Below, one piece after another: positions 1-7,023 of a stretch of DNA of 13,055 nucleotides. The notes under the pieces are model-generated. The model did no database searches. It was not told the origin of the DNA and saw only the letters and a list, made by a program, of their open reading frames with translations. A program made the position numbers and the translations under genes. Where the stretch lies: positions 1 through 13,055 of the forward strand of contig JALUCS010000070.1 of assembly GCA_027050205.1 (NCBI GenBank), given 5' to 3'. Source of the DNA: a candidate division WOR-3 bacterium (lineage in GTDB: Bacteria; Hydrothermota; Hydrothermia; LBFQ01). The first letter of the stretch is position 1, and every line of letters starts with the position of its first letter.

Positions 1-1580
1 GGCCCGTCCTTGAGGGGCGGTTCTCCGTAGCCGCCGCCGGTGGGTACGTTAACTTCCGGATGGAGGAGGAGGCCCTCGCCGGATGGACCAACTGGGCGGC
101 CGGGGACCCGTGGCCGGAGGTGTTCCCGAAGTCCGGACCGAAGGTCTTGGTAGAGTTCATATCCGCCAACCCCACCGGTCCCCTCAACGTAGCCAACGCC
201 CGCGCCGGAGCCATAGGGGACAGCATAGTGCGTATTCTCAAGTTCCTCGGCTTCAGGGCGGAGGGGGAGTACTACGTGAACGACGCCGGTAGGCAGATAG
301 CCAACCTCGGTCTATCCGTCCTCCACTTCATAAAACCCGACACCTTCCCCCTGCCTGAGGACGGCTACAGGGGGGAGTACGTTAAAGAACTGGCGAGGAA
401 GTTCGTTCCGGAGGCCACCCCCCTACTCGCAAAGGGACCGGAGGGAATAACCCTAAGGGAGGCGGAGGAGTTCGGGCGGAAGGTCGCCCACCACATCCTG
501 AAACTTCAGAAGGAGAGCCTCAAGAGGTACGGGATAGAGTACGCCCGCTTCGTAATGGAGTCGGAGATAAGGGGGTCCGATTACCCGGAGAGGGTATATT
601 CCATACTGAAGGGGGCGGGACTCCTGTACTTCGCCGACGCCGATGGGAACGAGGCCAACGTCCCCCTCCCCGAAACCTTTGGGGAACTGTACGAAGGCGA
701 CAGGTACAGGTACGAGGGGTACGCCCTCCTCTTCAGGGCCACCCGGTACGGGGACGACAAGGACCGGGTGATGGTCAGATCTAACGGGGAGCCGACCTAC
801 TTCTTCTGGGACTCCGCCTACCACCTCCACAAGTTAGACAGGGGGTACGATTACCTTATAGACATATTCGGGCCGGACCACCACGGGTACGTCCCCCGCA
901 TGAAGGCCGTAATGGGGGCCTTTATGGAGGCTACCGGCACGAACGCCGTATATGACGTAATAATCCACGGCCAGGTGAACCTTTACGAGGGGGGGGAGAG
1001 GGTCAGGATGTCCAAGAGGGAGGGGAGGATATACACCCTTGACGACCTCGTCGCCGACGTTGGCAAGGACGCTGTGCGATTCTTTATGCTCTTAAGGGCG
1101 CCCCAGACGGAGCTGAACTTTGACCTGGACCTCGCCAGAAAGGCCGTAAAGGAGAACCCCGTCTTCTACACCCAGTACGCCCACGCCCGGATAATGAGCC
1201 TATTGGACTACGCGAAGGCCAACGGCGTTGAGGGTAAGCCCATCAAAGACCTGCCCGGAGAGGAGAGGGGCGTCGCCGCCCTCGTGCAGTACTTCCCGTA
1301 CTACCTCCTGAAGGCCCTACCCATACGCTTGAGGGAGGAGGTCTGGAGGGGCCTGAACCTCCCCTATGCTAACGTTGAGGGGAAGATGGACTTCTCCCCC
1401 AACCTCCTTGTGGATTACCTGATAGAACTGGCCCACACCTACCACAGCTTCTACCAGAACAACCGTATAGTGGGGAGCGACAGGCAGGGGGAGAGGATAA
1501 CCCTATCAAGGGCCGTCCTCTACACCGTAAGGTACGGCTTGAACCTCCTGGGGGTCTCCGCACCGGAGAGGATGGGCTAA
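1..1580 (+). CDS. argS: Arginine--tRNA ligase, 5'-truncated by the window edge
   Basis: Frame is open from position 3 (PVLEGRFSVAAAGGYVNFR-M; GYVNF matches the ArgRS N-domain GFINF motif), so ATG 60 is internal. Motifs: VEFISANPTGPL, YYVNDAGRQI, GDDKDRV, GPDHHGY, RMSKREG, DAVRFF, ENPVFYTQYAHARI, GVSAPERM. Confidence 0.97.
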   Translation, partial: PVLEGRFSVAAAGGYVNFRMEEEALAGWTNWAAGDPWPEVFPKSGPKVLVEFISANPTGPLNVANARAGAIGDSIVRILKFLGFRAEGEYYVNDAGRQIANLGLSVLHFIKPDTFPLPEDGYRGEYVKELARKFVPEATPLLAKGPEGITLREAEEFGRKVAHHILKLQKESLKRYGIEYARFVMESEIRGSDYPERVYSILKGAGLLYFADADGNEANVPLPETFGELYEGDRYRYEGYALLFRATRYGDDKDRVMVRSNGEPTYFFWDSAYHLHKLDRGYDYLIDIFGPDHHGYVPRMKAVMGAFMEATGTNAVYDVIIHGQVNLYEGGERVRMSKREGRIYTLDDLVADVGKDAVRFFMLLRAPQTELNFDLDLARKAVKENPVFYTQYAHARIMSLLDYAKANGVEGKPIKDLPGEERGVAALVQYFPYYLLKALPIRLREEVWRGLNLPYANVEGKMDFSPNLLVDYLIELAHTYHSFYQNNRIVGSDRQGERITLSRAVLYTVRYGLNLLGVSAPERMG

Positions 1581-2416
1581 TCTTCCTCCTCCCCCCAGAT
1601 CCTATCGTACGTCTCCCTCATCCTCCGAAGGGATACCTTGGTGTAGGTCTGGGTGGTGCCGAGGGACGCGTGGCCGAGGAGTTCCTGGACGCTCTTCAGG
1701 TCCGCCCCTCCCTCCAAGAGGTGGGTAGCGAAGGTGTGCCTAAGGATGTGGGGATGGACGCCGTAGACCCCGGCCACCTTCTCAAAGGCCCTCCTTATCA
1801 TACGGTAAGCCTTGAAGCGGTTTATGGGGAAGAGTCTCCCCCTGCCCATCCTCCTGTTGAGGACGGGGTAAAGCTTGGGATGAATGGGGACGGCCCGGTG
1901 TTTCCCACCTTTCCCCCTTACCCTTATGAGACCGGAGCTTAGGTCCACGTTTCCATCCTCAAGGGAGAGCAGTTCGCTTATGCGGAGGCCGGTACCGTAT
2001 AGGACGAGGATCATATCCTTGGCGAGGCTCTCCTCGTCGTCCTCCGGATCCCACTCCGTTATCATCTTGGCGAGGGTGCTGACGTTCAGGGGGCGGGGGA
2101 GCCTCTTGGGGAGCTTGGGGACGGAGAGGACGACGGACGGATCCGCCTTTACGTAGCCGCGGCGGAGGAGGAAACGGTAGTAGGCTCTTACGGCCGTTAT
2201 CTTGCGGGAGATGGAGGAGGGGGAGAGGTCGGAGTCCTTGAGGTAGAGGGGGAAGCGTCGGAGGTCGCTCCGGGAAAGGTTGAGGGGGTCCAGGCCGAGG
2301 GCCTCGCAGAACTGGGCGAACTGGGTTAGGTCGGTGGCGTAAGCCTTTAGGGTGTTCTCGGACCGTCCCATCGCCTTAAGGTGGGACAGGAATTCCTCCA
2401 GGTAGGGCAGGCTCAT
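1577..2416 (-). CDS. xerC: XerC/XerD-family tyrosine recombinase (XerC-like)
   Basis: N-terminal core-binding domain (SENTLKAYATDL) and a full catalytic set: GLRISEL (R), GKGGK (K), HILRH (HxxR), LGHASL (H), TQTY (Y). Stop overlaps the argS stop by 4 nt (convergent). XerC versus XerD assignment is tentative. Confidence 0.88.
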   Translation of the reverse strand: MSLPYLEEFLSHLKAMGRSENTLKAYATDLTQFAQFCEALGLDPLNLSRSDLRRFPLYLKDSDLSPSSISRKITAVRAYYRFLLRRGYVKADPSVVLSVPKLPKRLPRPLNVSTLAKMITEWDPEDDEESLAKDMILVLYGTGLRISELLSLEDGNVDLSSGLIRVRGKGGKHRAVPIHPKLYPVLNRRMGRGRLFPINRFKAYRMIRRAFEKVAGVYGVHPHILRHTFATHLLEGGADLKSVQELLGHASLGTTQTYTKVSLRRMRETYDRIWGEEED

Positions 2417-2865
2417 CCCTCAATGCCTCCGGCGGGTACTTCGGGCGGCTCTATCATCTCCTCCGGGGTCTTCAGCAGATGCTCGGCGACGTATATGGGG
2501 ATGCCAGCGCGGAGGGCGAAGGCGACGGCGTCGGAGGGGCGGCTGTCCAACACCACCCTCTGCTTGAACCAGAGGAACGTGCGCCTCTCAAGGTACAGGC
2601 GGGCGAGGTAGGCCCCGTCCTTTATGTCGTAGATCTCCACCTTGACCGGCCTAAGGCCGGAGACTCTGGCCATCTGGAGCATGAGGTCGTGGCTCAACGG
2701 CCTCCAGAACTTTCTGCCGCTTAAAGCCAACTTTATGGACATCGCCTCGCTTGTCCCTATCTCCATAACCACGAGGCCCTTCCCCGGAGGCCCCTCCAGA
2801 AAGAGGAGATTTCCGAAGACCTCAACCTTCCCCACCTCAACGAAGGCAACGATAAGGGGCAACAC
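2413..2865 (-). CDS. Bifunctional nuclease family protein (DUF151)
   Basis: Motifs IGxxEAxSI, RPLSHDL, GAYLARLYL, DSRPSDAVAFALRAGIPIYV. Its TGA overlaps the xerC ATG (ATGA at 2413-2416). Start is GTG 2865 or TTG 2862. Confidence 0.9.
   Translation of the reverse strand: MLPLIVAFVEVGKVEVFGNLLFLEGPPGKGLVVMEIGTSEAMSIKLALSGRKFWRPLSHDLMLQMARVSGLRPVKVEIYDIKDGAYLARLYLERRTFLWFKQRVVLDSRPSDAVAFALRAGIPIYVAEHLLKTPEEMIEPPEVPAGGIEG
2426..2430 (-). promoter_or_regulatory. Shine-Dalgarno (GGAGG) for xerC
   Basis: Minus strand reads GGAGG-cattgaggg-ATG (9-nt spacer), inside the 3' end of the DUF151 gene. Confidence 0.6.
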
Positions 2866-2870
2866 GCCGC

Positions 2871-2876
2871 ATTTTA
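2871..2876 (-). promoter_or_regulatory. -10 hexamer TAAAAT immediately upstream of the DUF151 gene
   Basis: Minus strand: gcctTAAAATgcggcGTGttg, 5 nt to GTG or 8 nt to TTG; no SD. Confidence 0.6.
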
Positions 2877-2886
2877 AGGCCGTCGC

Positions 2887-4959
2887 CTATCCCACGTCCA
2901 CCACCTCCCTGTCCTCCAACTTCTCAAGGCTCCGACGGAGTAGGGCGTTCTCCGGTCTAAGGAGGTAGGGGTCCTTCCGGAGGATGTAGCGGGCGTCCCT
3001 CCTGCATACCTCTGCTATACGCATCAGCCTGTTGTCCGAGCTTATATCGGCGAGGTTTATCCCCCGAAAGGAGAACTCACCGTGCTGCCGCGTACCGAGA
3101 AGCTCCCCCGGACCCCTTATCTTCAGATCTTCTTCGGCGAGGGCGAACCCGTCCGTTATGTTAGCGATGGCCCTAAGCCTCATCCGGGCCTCGTAGCTCA
3201 TCTTCCGAGGGGCTATCATAACGAAGAAGGCCGTCTCCTCGCTCCTCATTATCCGGCCCCGCAACTGGTGGAGCTGGGCTATACCGAAGCGGTTGGCGTC
3301 CTCTACGACCATGTACTTGGCATTAGGCACATCCACCCCCACCTCTATTACGGTGGTGGCCACAAGGATGTGAATCTCCCCCCGCCGGAACCTCTCCATC
3401 ACCTCCCTCCTCTCCTCAAGGGACATCCGTCCGTGGACGAGACCGAGCTTCAGGTCCGGAGGTGCGGCCGCCCTCAACTCCTCGTAAAGCTCCTGGACCG
3501 ACTTGACCTCCTCCAACTTCTCCGACTCCTCTATCAGCGGGGCTATAACGTAGGCCTGCTTCCCCGTACTCCTGACCTTGTCAAAGAGGAACCTGTAGAC
3601 CTGCGCCCTCTGGTCCTTATGCACTATGCGGTTTATAACCTTAGCCTTGAAGGGCCTCTCCCTTATCCGGGAGACCTCAAGGTCGCCGTAGATGGTGAGG
3701 GCGAGGGTGCGGGGTATTGGGGTGGCCGTTGATACGAGGAAGTGGGGGTATATCCCGTCCCTTCCCTTCTCAAGGAGCCTGGCTCTCTGGGCGACACCGA
3801 AGCGGTGCTGCTCGTCTACGATGGCGAGGGCGAGGTTCTTAAAGACCGTCTCCTCCGTTATTAGGGCGTGCGTCCCTATCACCAGTTGGGCCGCCCCACT
3901 CGCTACCTCCGCCCTTATGTTCCTCTTCGTCCGGGCGCTTAGGGAACTCGTCAGGAGGACGACGTTCACGCCGAGGGGCCTTAGGTAGCCCTCCGCCACC
4001 ATAAAGAGCTGCTCCGCGAGGATCTCGGTCGGAGCCATTAAGGCCGCCTGATAGCCGTTCTCTATGGCTATGAGGGATGCGTACAGGAGGACTACCGTCT
4101 TACCGGAACCCACGTCCCCCTGGAGGAGCCTGTGCATGGCCTCCTCCTTCGCCATGTCCTCCTCTATCTCCCTTATGGCCCTCCTCTGGTCCCCGGTCAG
4201 TTTGAAGGGTAGGCTGGAGACGAACCTGTCCGTAAGCTCCCCCGTCCTCTTTAATGGGATGGACCTCCTCCTCCCCAGTTTGGCGCCGAGGTTGAGGCGG
4301 AGGTAGAACTTCAGAAGCTCCTCGTAGACGACCCGCTTCTTTCCGAGGAGTACCTGCTCCATATCCTCCGGGAAGTGAAGGTACCGCAGGGCCTCCTCCC
4401 TACGGGGGAGTTTGCGGGAGCGGAGTATGTAATCGGGGAGGCTCTCCGGTATCTCAACGCTCTGTAGGGCGTTCCTTATGAGGTTCCTTAGGAGTTTGGA
4501 GGTTATGCCCTCCGTCTGTGGGTAAATGGGTATGATGCCCACGAGGTCCTTCCCCTCCTCCTCCACCTCCGGGAAGTACATCCTCCTCTTCCCGCCGTAG
4601 ACGTACACCCGACCGGCCGCATAGACCGTCTGGCCAAGGCGGAAGTTGGAGAGGACGAAGTCCATGTTCCTCCAGACGAGGTCCAGGTGGCCGGTGCCGT
4701 CGCTTATCCTTATTATGGCCTCCCTCTTACCGGAGGCCGTACTCTTGAACTTCTCCACCACCCTACCCCTTACCACCGCCTCCTGCCCGCCCGTTAGGTG
4801 GGCTATCTTCTGGACCTTACTGCGGTTGACGTACTTTCGGGGGAGGAGGTAGAGTAGGTCCTCCACCGTCCGGATCCCCAACTTCTCCAACCTCTTCGCC
4901 CTCCTCGGTCCCACCCCCTTAAGGAACTTTACGTCCGTCTCCAGGGTAACCTTTCCCAC
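2887..4959 (-). CDS. recG: ATP-dependent DNA helicase RecG
   Basis: 690 aa. LKGVGP N-terminus, wedge/OB domain, LLQGDVGSGKT (Walker A), APTEILAEQ, DEQHRFGV, TATPIPRTL, TTVIEVGVDVPNA, QLHQLRGR, DGFxLAEEDLKIRGPGE. Confidence 0.97.
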   Translation of the reverse strand: MGKVTLETDVKFLKGVGPRRAKRLEKLGIRTVEDLLYLLPRKYVNRSKVQKIAHLTGGQEAVVRGRVVEKFKSTASGKREAIIRISDGTGHLDLVWRNMDFVLSNFRLGQTVYAAGRVYVYGGKRRMYFPEVEEEGKDLVGIIPIYPQTEGITSKLLRNLIRNALQSVEIPESLPDYILRSRKLPRREEALRYLHFPEDMEQVLLGKKRVVYEELLKFYLRLNLGAKLGRRRSIPLKRTGELTDRFVSSLPFKLTGDQRRAIREIEEDMAKEEAMHRLLQGDVGSGKTVVLLYASLIAIENGYQAALMAPTEILAEQLFMVAEGYLRPLGVNVVLLTSSLSARTKRNIRAEVASGAAQLVIGTHALITEETVFKNLALAIVDEQHRFGVAQRARLLEKGRDGIYPHFLVSTATPIPRTLALTIYGDLEVSRIRERPFKAKVINRIVHKDQRAQVYRFLFDKVRSTGKQAYVIAPLIEESEKLEEVKSVQELYEELRAAAPPDLKLGLVHGRMSLEERREVMERFRRGEIHILVATTVIEVGVDVPNAKYMVVEDANRFGIAQLHQLRGRIMRSEETAFFVMIAPRKMSYEARMRLRAIANITDGFALAEEDLKIRGPGELLGTRQHGEFSFRGINLADISSDNRLMRIAEVCRRDARYILRKDPYLLRPENALLRRSLEKLEDREVVDVG

Positions 4960-4967
4960 TTCGCCCT

Positions 4968-4973
4968 ATTCTA
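4968..4973 (-). promoter_or_regulatory. -10 hexamer TAGAAT immediately upstream of recG
   Basis: Minus strand: cggTAGAATagggcgaaGTG (8-nt spacer). Confidence 0.6.
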
Positions 4974-4990
4974 CCGGCGAACCGGGAGGT

Positions 4991-5716
4991 TCAAACCTCC
5001 GCCCACCCCTCAAGTATCTCCTTCAGGAGGCCCCTTACGGCTTCCAACACCCCCTCAACGTACCTCTCCAACTGCTCCCTGCTGAAGGCGTACCGGTTAG
5101 TCCTCCCCTCCTCGTACAGGAGGATGCTCCGGGGGGCGGGGTAGGCGGAAACCCCCGGACGGGGATGGTACGCGGGGTAGTCCCTCTCTCTGTTGAGGGT
5201 GTCGTACATCTGCGGGTAGGCGGCCACCACGAAGGCCCACTCCTCGGCCCCGGCGTGGCCCTGAAGCTCCCCCAGGACCTCCTTAGAGAGGTCGGGGACG
5301 AGGACCCACCAGTCCACGGAGGCCACCTTTAGACCCGTATTCAGGTGAAGCCTGTACAGGGCCTCCTTGAGGTGGGAGGTGTTCCCGCCGTGGCCGTTTA
5401 TGACCACCAGCTCCCTGACGCCGTTCCGGGCCAGGGATATGCCGACGTCGTACACTACGGCCTTGAAGGTCTCCGGGGAGAGGCCGAGACTACCCCTATG
5501 CCCGGCGAGGGAGCGGTTCACGCCGAAGGGGAGGAGGGGGAGGACGTCCGCTTCAAACTCCGGGGCGAGTTTCCGGGCTATGTACTCGGCGGATACGTTG
5601 TCCGTGCCGACCGGTAGGGGGCCGTGGGCCTCAACCGTACCCACCGGCCAGAAAACCCTCTCGGAGAACCTTTCGTAGGTACTCTTAAGCTGCCACAGGT
5701 TTGCGGGTGAGTTCAT
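4991..5716 (-). CDS. Creatininase/creatinine amidohydrolase family protein
   Basis: Metal-ligand motifs PVGTVEAHGPLPVGTD, NGHGGN, HAGAEE. Start overlaps the nuoF 3' end by 32 nt, with GGAG 10 nt upstream (5727-5730). Confidence 0.9.
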   Translation of the reverse strand: MNSPANLWQLKSTYERFSERVFWPVGTVEAHGPLPVGTDNVSAEYIARKLAPEFEADVLPLLPFGVNRSLAGHRGSLGLSPETFKAVVYDVGISLARNGVRELVVINGHGGNTSHLKEALYRLHLNTGLKVASVDWWVLVPDLSKEVLGELQGHAGAEEWAFVVAAYPQMYDTLNRERDYPAYHPRPGVSAYPAPRSILLYEEGRTNRYAFSREQLERYVEGVLEAVRGLLKEILEGWAEV

Positions 5717-6941
5717 CTTCGTACTTCTCCAAGAAGGTCCGGGCCACCAGCTCGGCGGAGTCTCCGAGCGGACAGAAGCTCCTTCCCCTCATCATCCGGG
5801 TTATCTCCTTGAGGAGGCGTATGTCATCGGCCGTTGCGTAGCCCCTCTTGTCGGCCTGGACGAGGATCCGGGTCATCCAGTTGGTTCCGTCCCTGCAGGG
5901 CGTACATTTACCGCAGGACTCGTACGCGAAGAACTCTATGGCCCGGCGGAGGATGGTTATCGTTCTCTGGCTCCTGTCTAATACTATCACAGCACCGCTT
6001 CCGAGGGTACTTCCCACTTTGGCGAGGTCCTCGTGGGTCATGGGTACGTCCAGCTCGTCAGGGGTCAGGATCTCGGAGGACAGCCCTCCGGGTATCACGC
6101 CGAGTATCTCGGTGCCATCCTCAACGCCGGCGACCTCGTATATGAACTCCCGGAGGGTCAGGGAACCCATCTCAAACTCGTACACCCCCGGCCTCTTAAC
6201 GGCTCCGGAGATGGCGAAGAGCCTCGTCCCCCTGCTCTCCGGGGTACCCAGTTGGGCGTACCAGTCCGCCCCCTTGGATATGATTATGGGGACGGTGGCG
6301 TGGGTCTCAACGTTGTTGACGGCCGTGGGCTTCCCGTAAAGGCCCACCTGACTGGTGCGCGGAGGCTTCAGGCGGGGGTAGGGTCGCTTCCCCTCAAGGC
6401 TCTCAAGGGTGGAGACGGCGTAGCCGGCTATGTATGCCCCCGCCCCGAGATAGACGTAGATGTCAAAGTCAAAACCGCTTCCGAGGATGTTCTTGCCGAG
6501 GTACCCCTTGGCGTAGGCCTCCCTTATGGCCTGCTTTATGCGGGGGAAGATCCAGAGGTACTCGTACCGGAGGTACATGTACCCCTCCCTCGCCCCTATG
6601 GCCCTTCCGGCTATTATCATCCCCTCAAGGACGAGGTGGGGGGCCTTGTAGAGCAGTTCCCTGTCCTTGAACGTCCCCGGCTCGCCCTCGTCGGCGTTAT
6701 CCACGACGTACTTGGGTCCGGGGTGATCCTTTGGTATGAAGGACCACTTTCTCCCGGTGGGGAAGGCCGCTCCGCCTCTCCCCTTAAGTCCGGACTTCTT
6801 CACCTCCTCTATTATCTCGTCCGGATCCATCTCAAGGGCCTTACGGAGTCCCTGATAACCTCCCAAAGCCTCGTAGGCCTCTATGGTGTGGCTGTCTTCC
6901 CTCTCGGTGTAAGACAGGAGCAACCTGTACTCTTTTGCCAT
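5685..6941 (-). CDS. nuoF: NuoF-like FMN/[4Fe-4S] NAD(P)H dehydrogenase subunit, stand-alone; 418 aa from MAKEYRLL
   Basis: SGLKGRGGAAFPTGRKW, NADEGEPGTFKDR, GKPTAVNNVET, and cluster N3 ligands ESCGKCTPCR...FCPLG. Start moved from TTG 6983 to ATG 6941 because TAGAAT lies 7 nt upstream of that ATG. Confidence 0.9.
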   Translation of the reverse strand: MAKEYRLLLSYTEREDSHTIEAYEALGGYQGLRKALEMDPDEIIEEVKKSGLKGRGGAAFPTGRKWSFIPKDHPGPKYVVDNADEGEPGTFKDRELLYKAPHLVLEGMIIAGRAIGAREGYMYLRYEYLWIFPRIKQAIREAYAKGYLGKNILGSGFDFDIYVYLGAGAYIAGYAVSTLESLEGKRPYPRLKPPRTSQVGLYGKPTAVNNVETHATVPIIISKGADWYAQLGTPESRGTRLFAISGAVKRPGVYEFEMGSLTLREFIYEVAGVEDGTEILGVIPGGLSSEILTPDELDVPMTHEDLAKVGSTLGSGAVIVLDRSQRTITILRRAIEFFAYESCGKCTPCRDGTNWMTRILVQADKRGYATADDIRLLKEITRMMRGRSFCPLGDSAELVARTFLEKYEDELTRKPVAA

Positions 6942-6948
6942 AGAGGGT

Positions 6949-6954
6949 ATTCTA
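6949..6954 (-). promoter_or_regulatory. -10 hexamer TAGAAT immediately upstream of nuoF
   Basis: Minus strand: gatTAGAATaccctctATG (7-nt spacer); no SD. Confidence 0.65.
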
Positions 6955-7005
6955 ATCTCGTTAAGGGGGACGTGCGGCCTCAAGGTGCAACGGGGTCTGT
7001 TCCGG

Positions 7006-7014
7006 TGTTAGAAT
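7006..7014 (+). promoter_or_regulatory. Extended -10 (TGnTAGAAT) immediately upstream of the M14 peptidase gene
   Basis: TGtTAGAATacgggtaccATG (9-nt spacer); no SD. Confidence 0.65.
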
Positions 7015-7023
7015 ACGGGTACC

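Noticed and set aside
1577..2416. Tyrosine recombinase as a prophage, island or integron integrase
   Set aside because: Xer-like size and motifs, no IntI-type insertion or arm-binding domain, housekeeping neighbours, and no att sites or cassettes seen.
4974..5000. Small hairpins (ccgg-cgaa-ccgg; ggaggt-tcaa-acctcc) at the creatininase stop as a terminator
   Set aside because: Stems are only 4-6 bp, with no U-tract, and they overlap the stop codon and recG promoter region.
6942..6983. ORF-track N-terminal extension of NuoF from TTG 6983
   Set aside because: It spans the -10 box, and ATG 6941 fits the pattern seen at five other genes.
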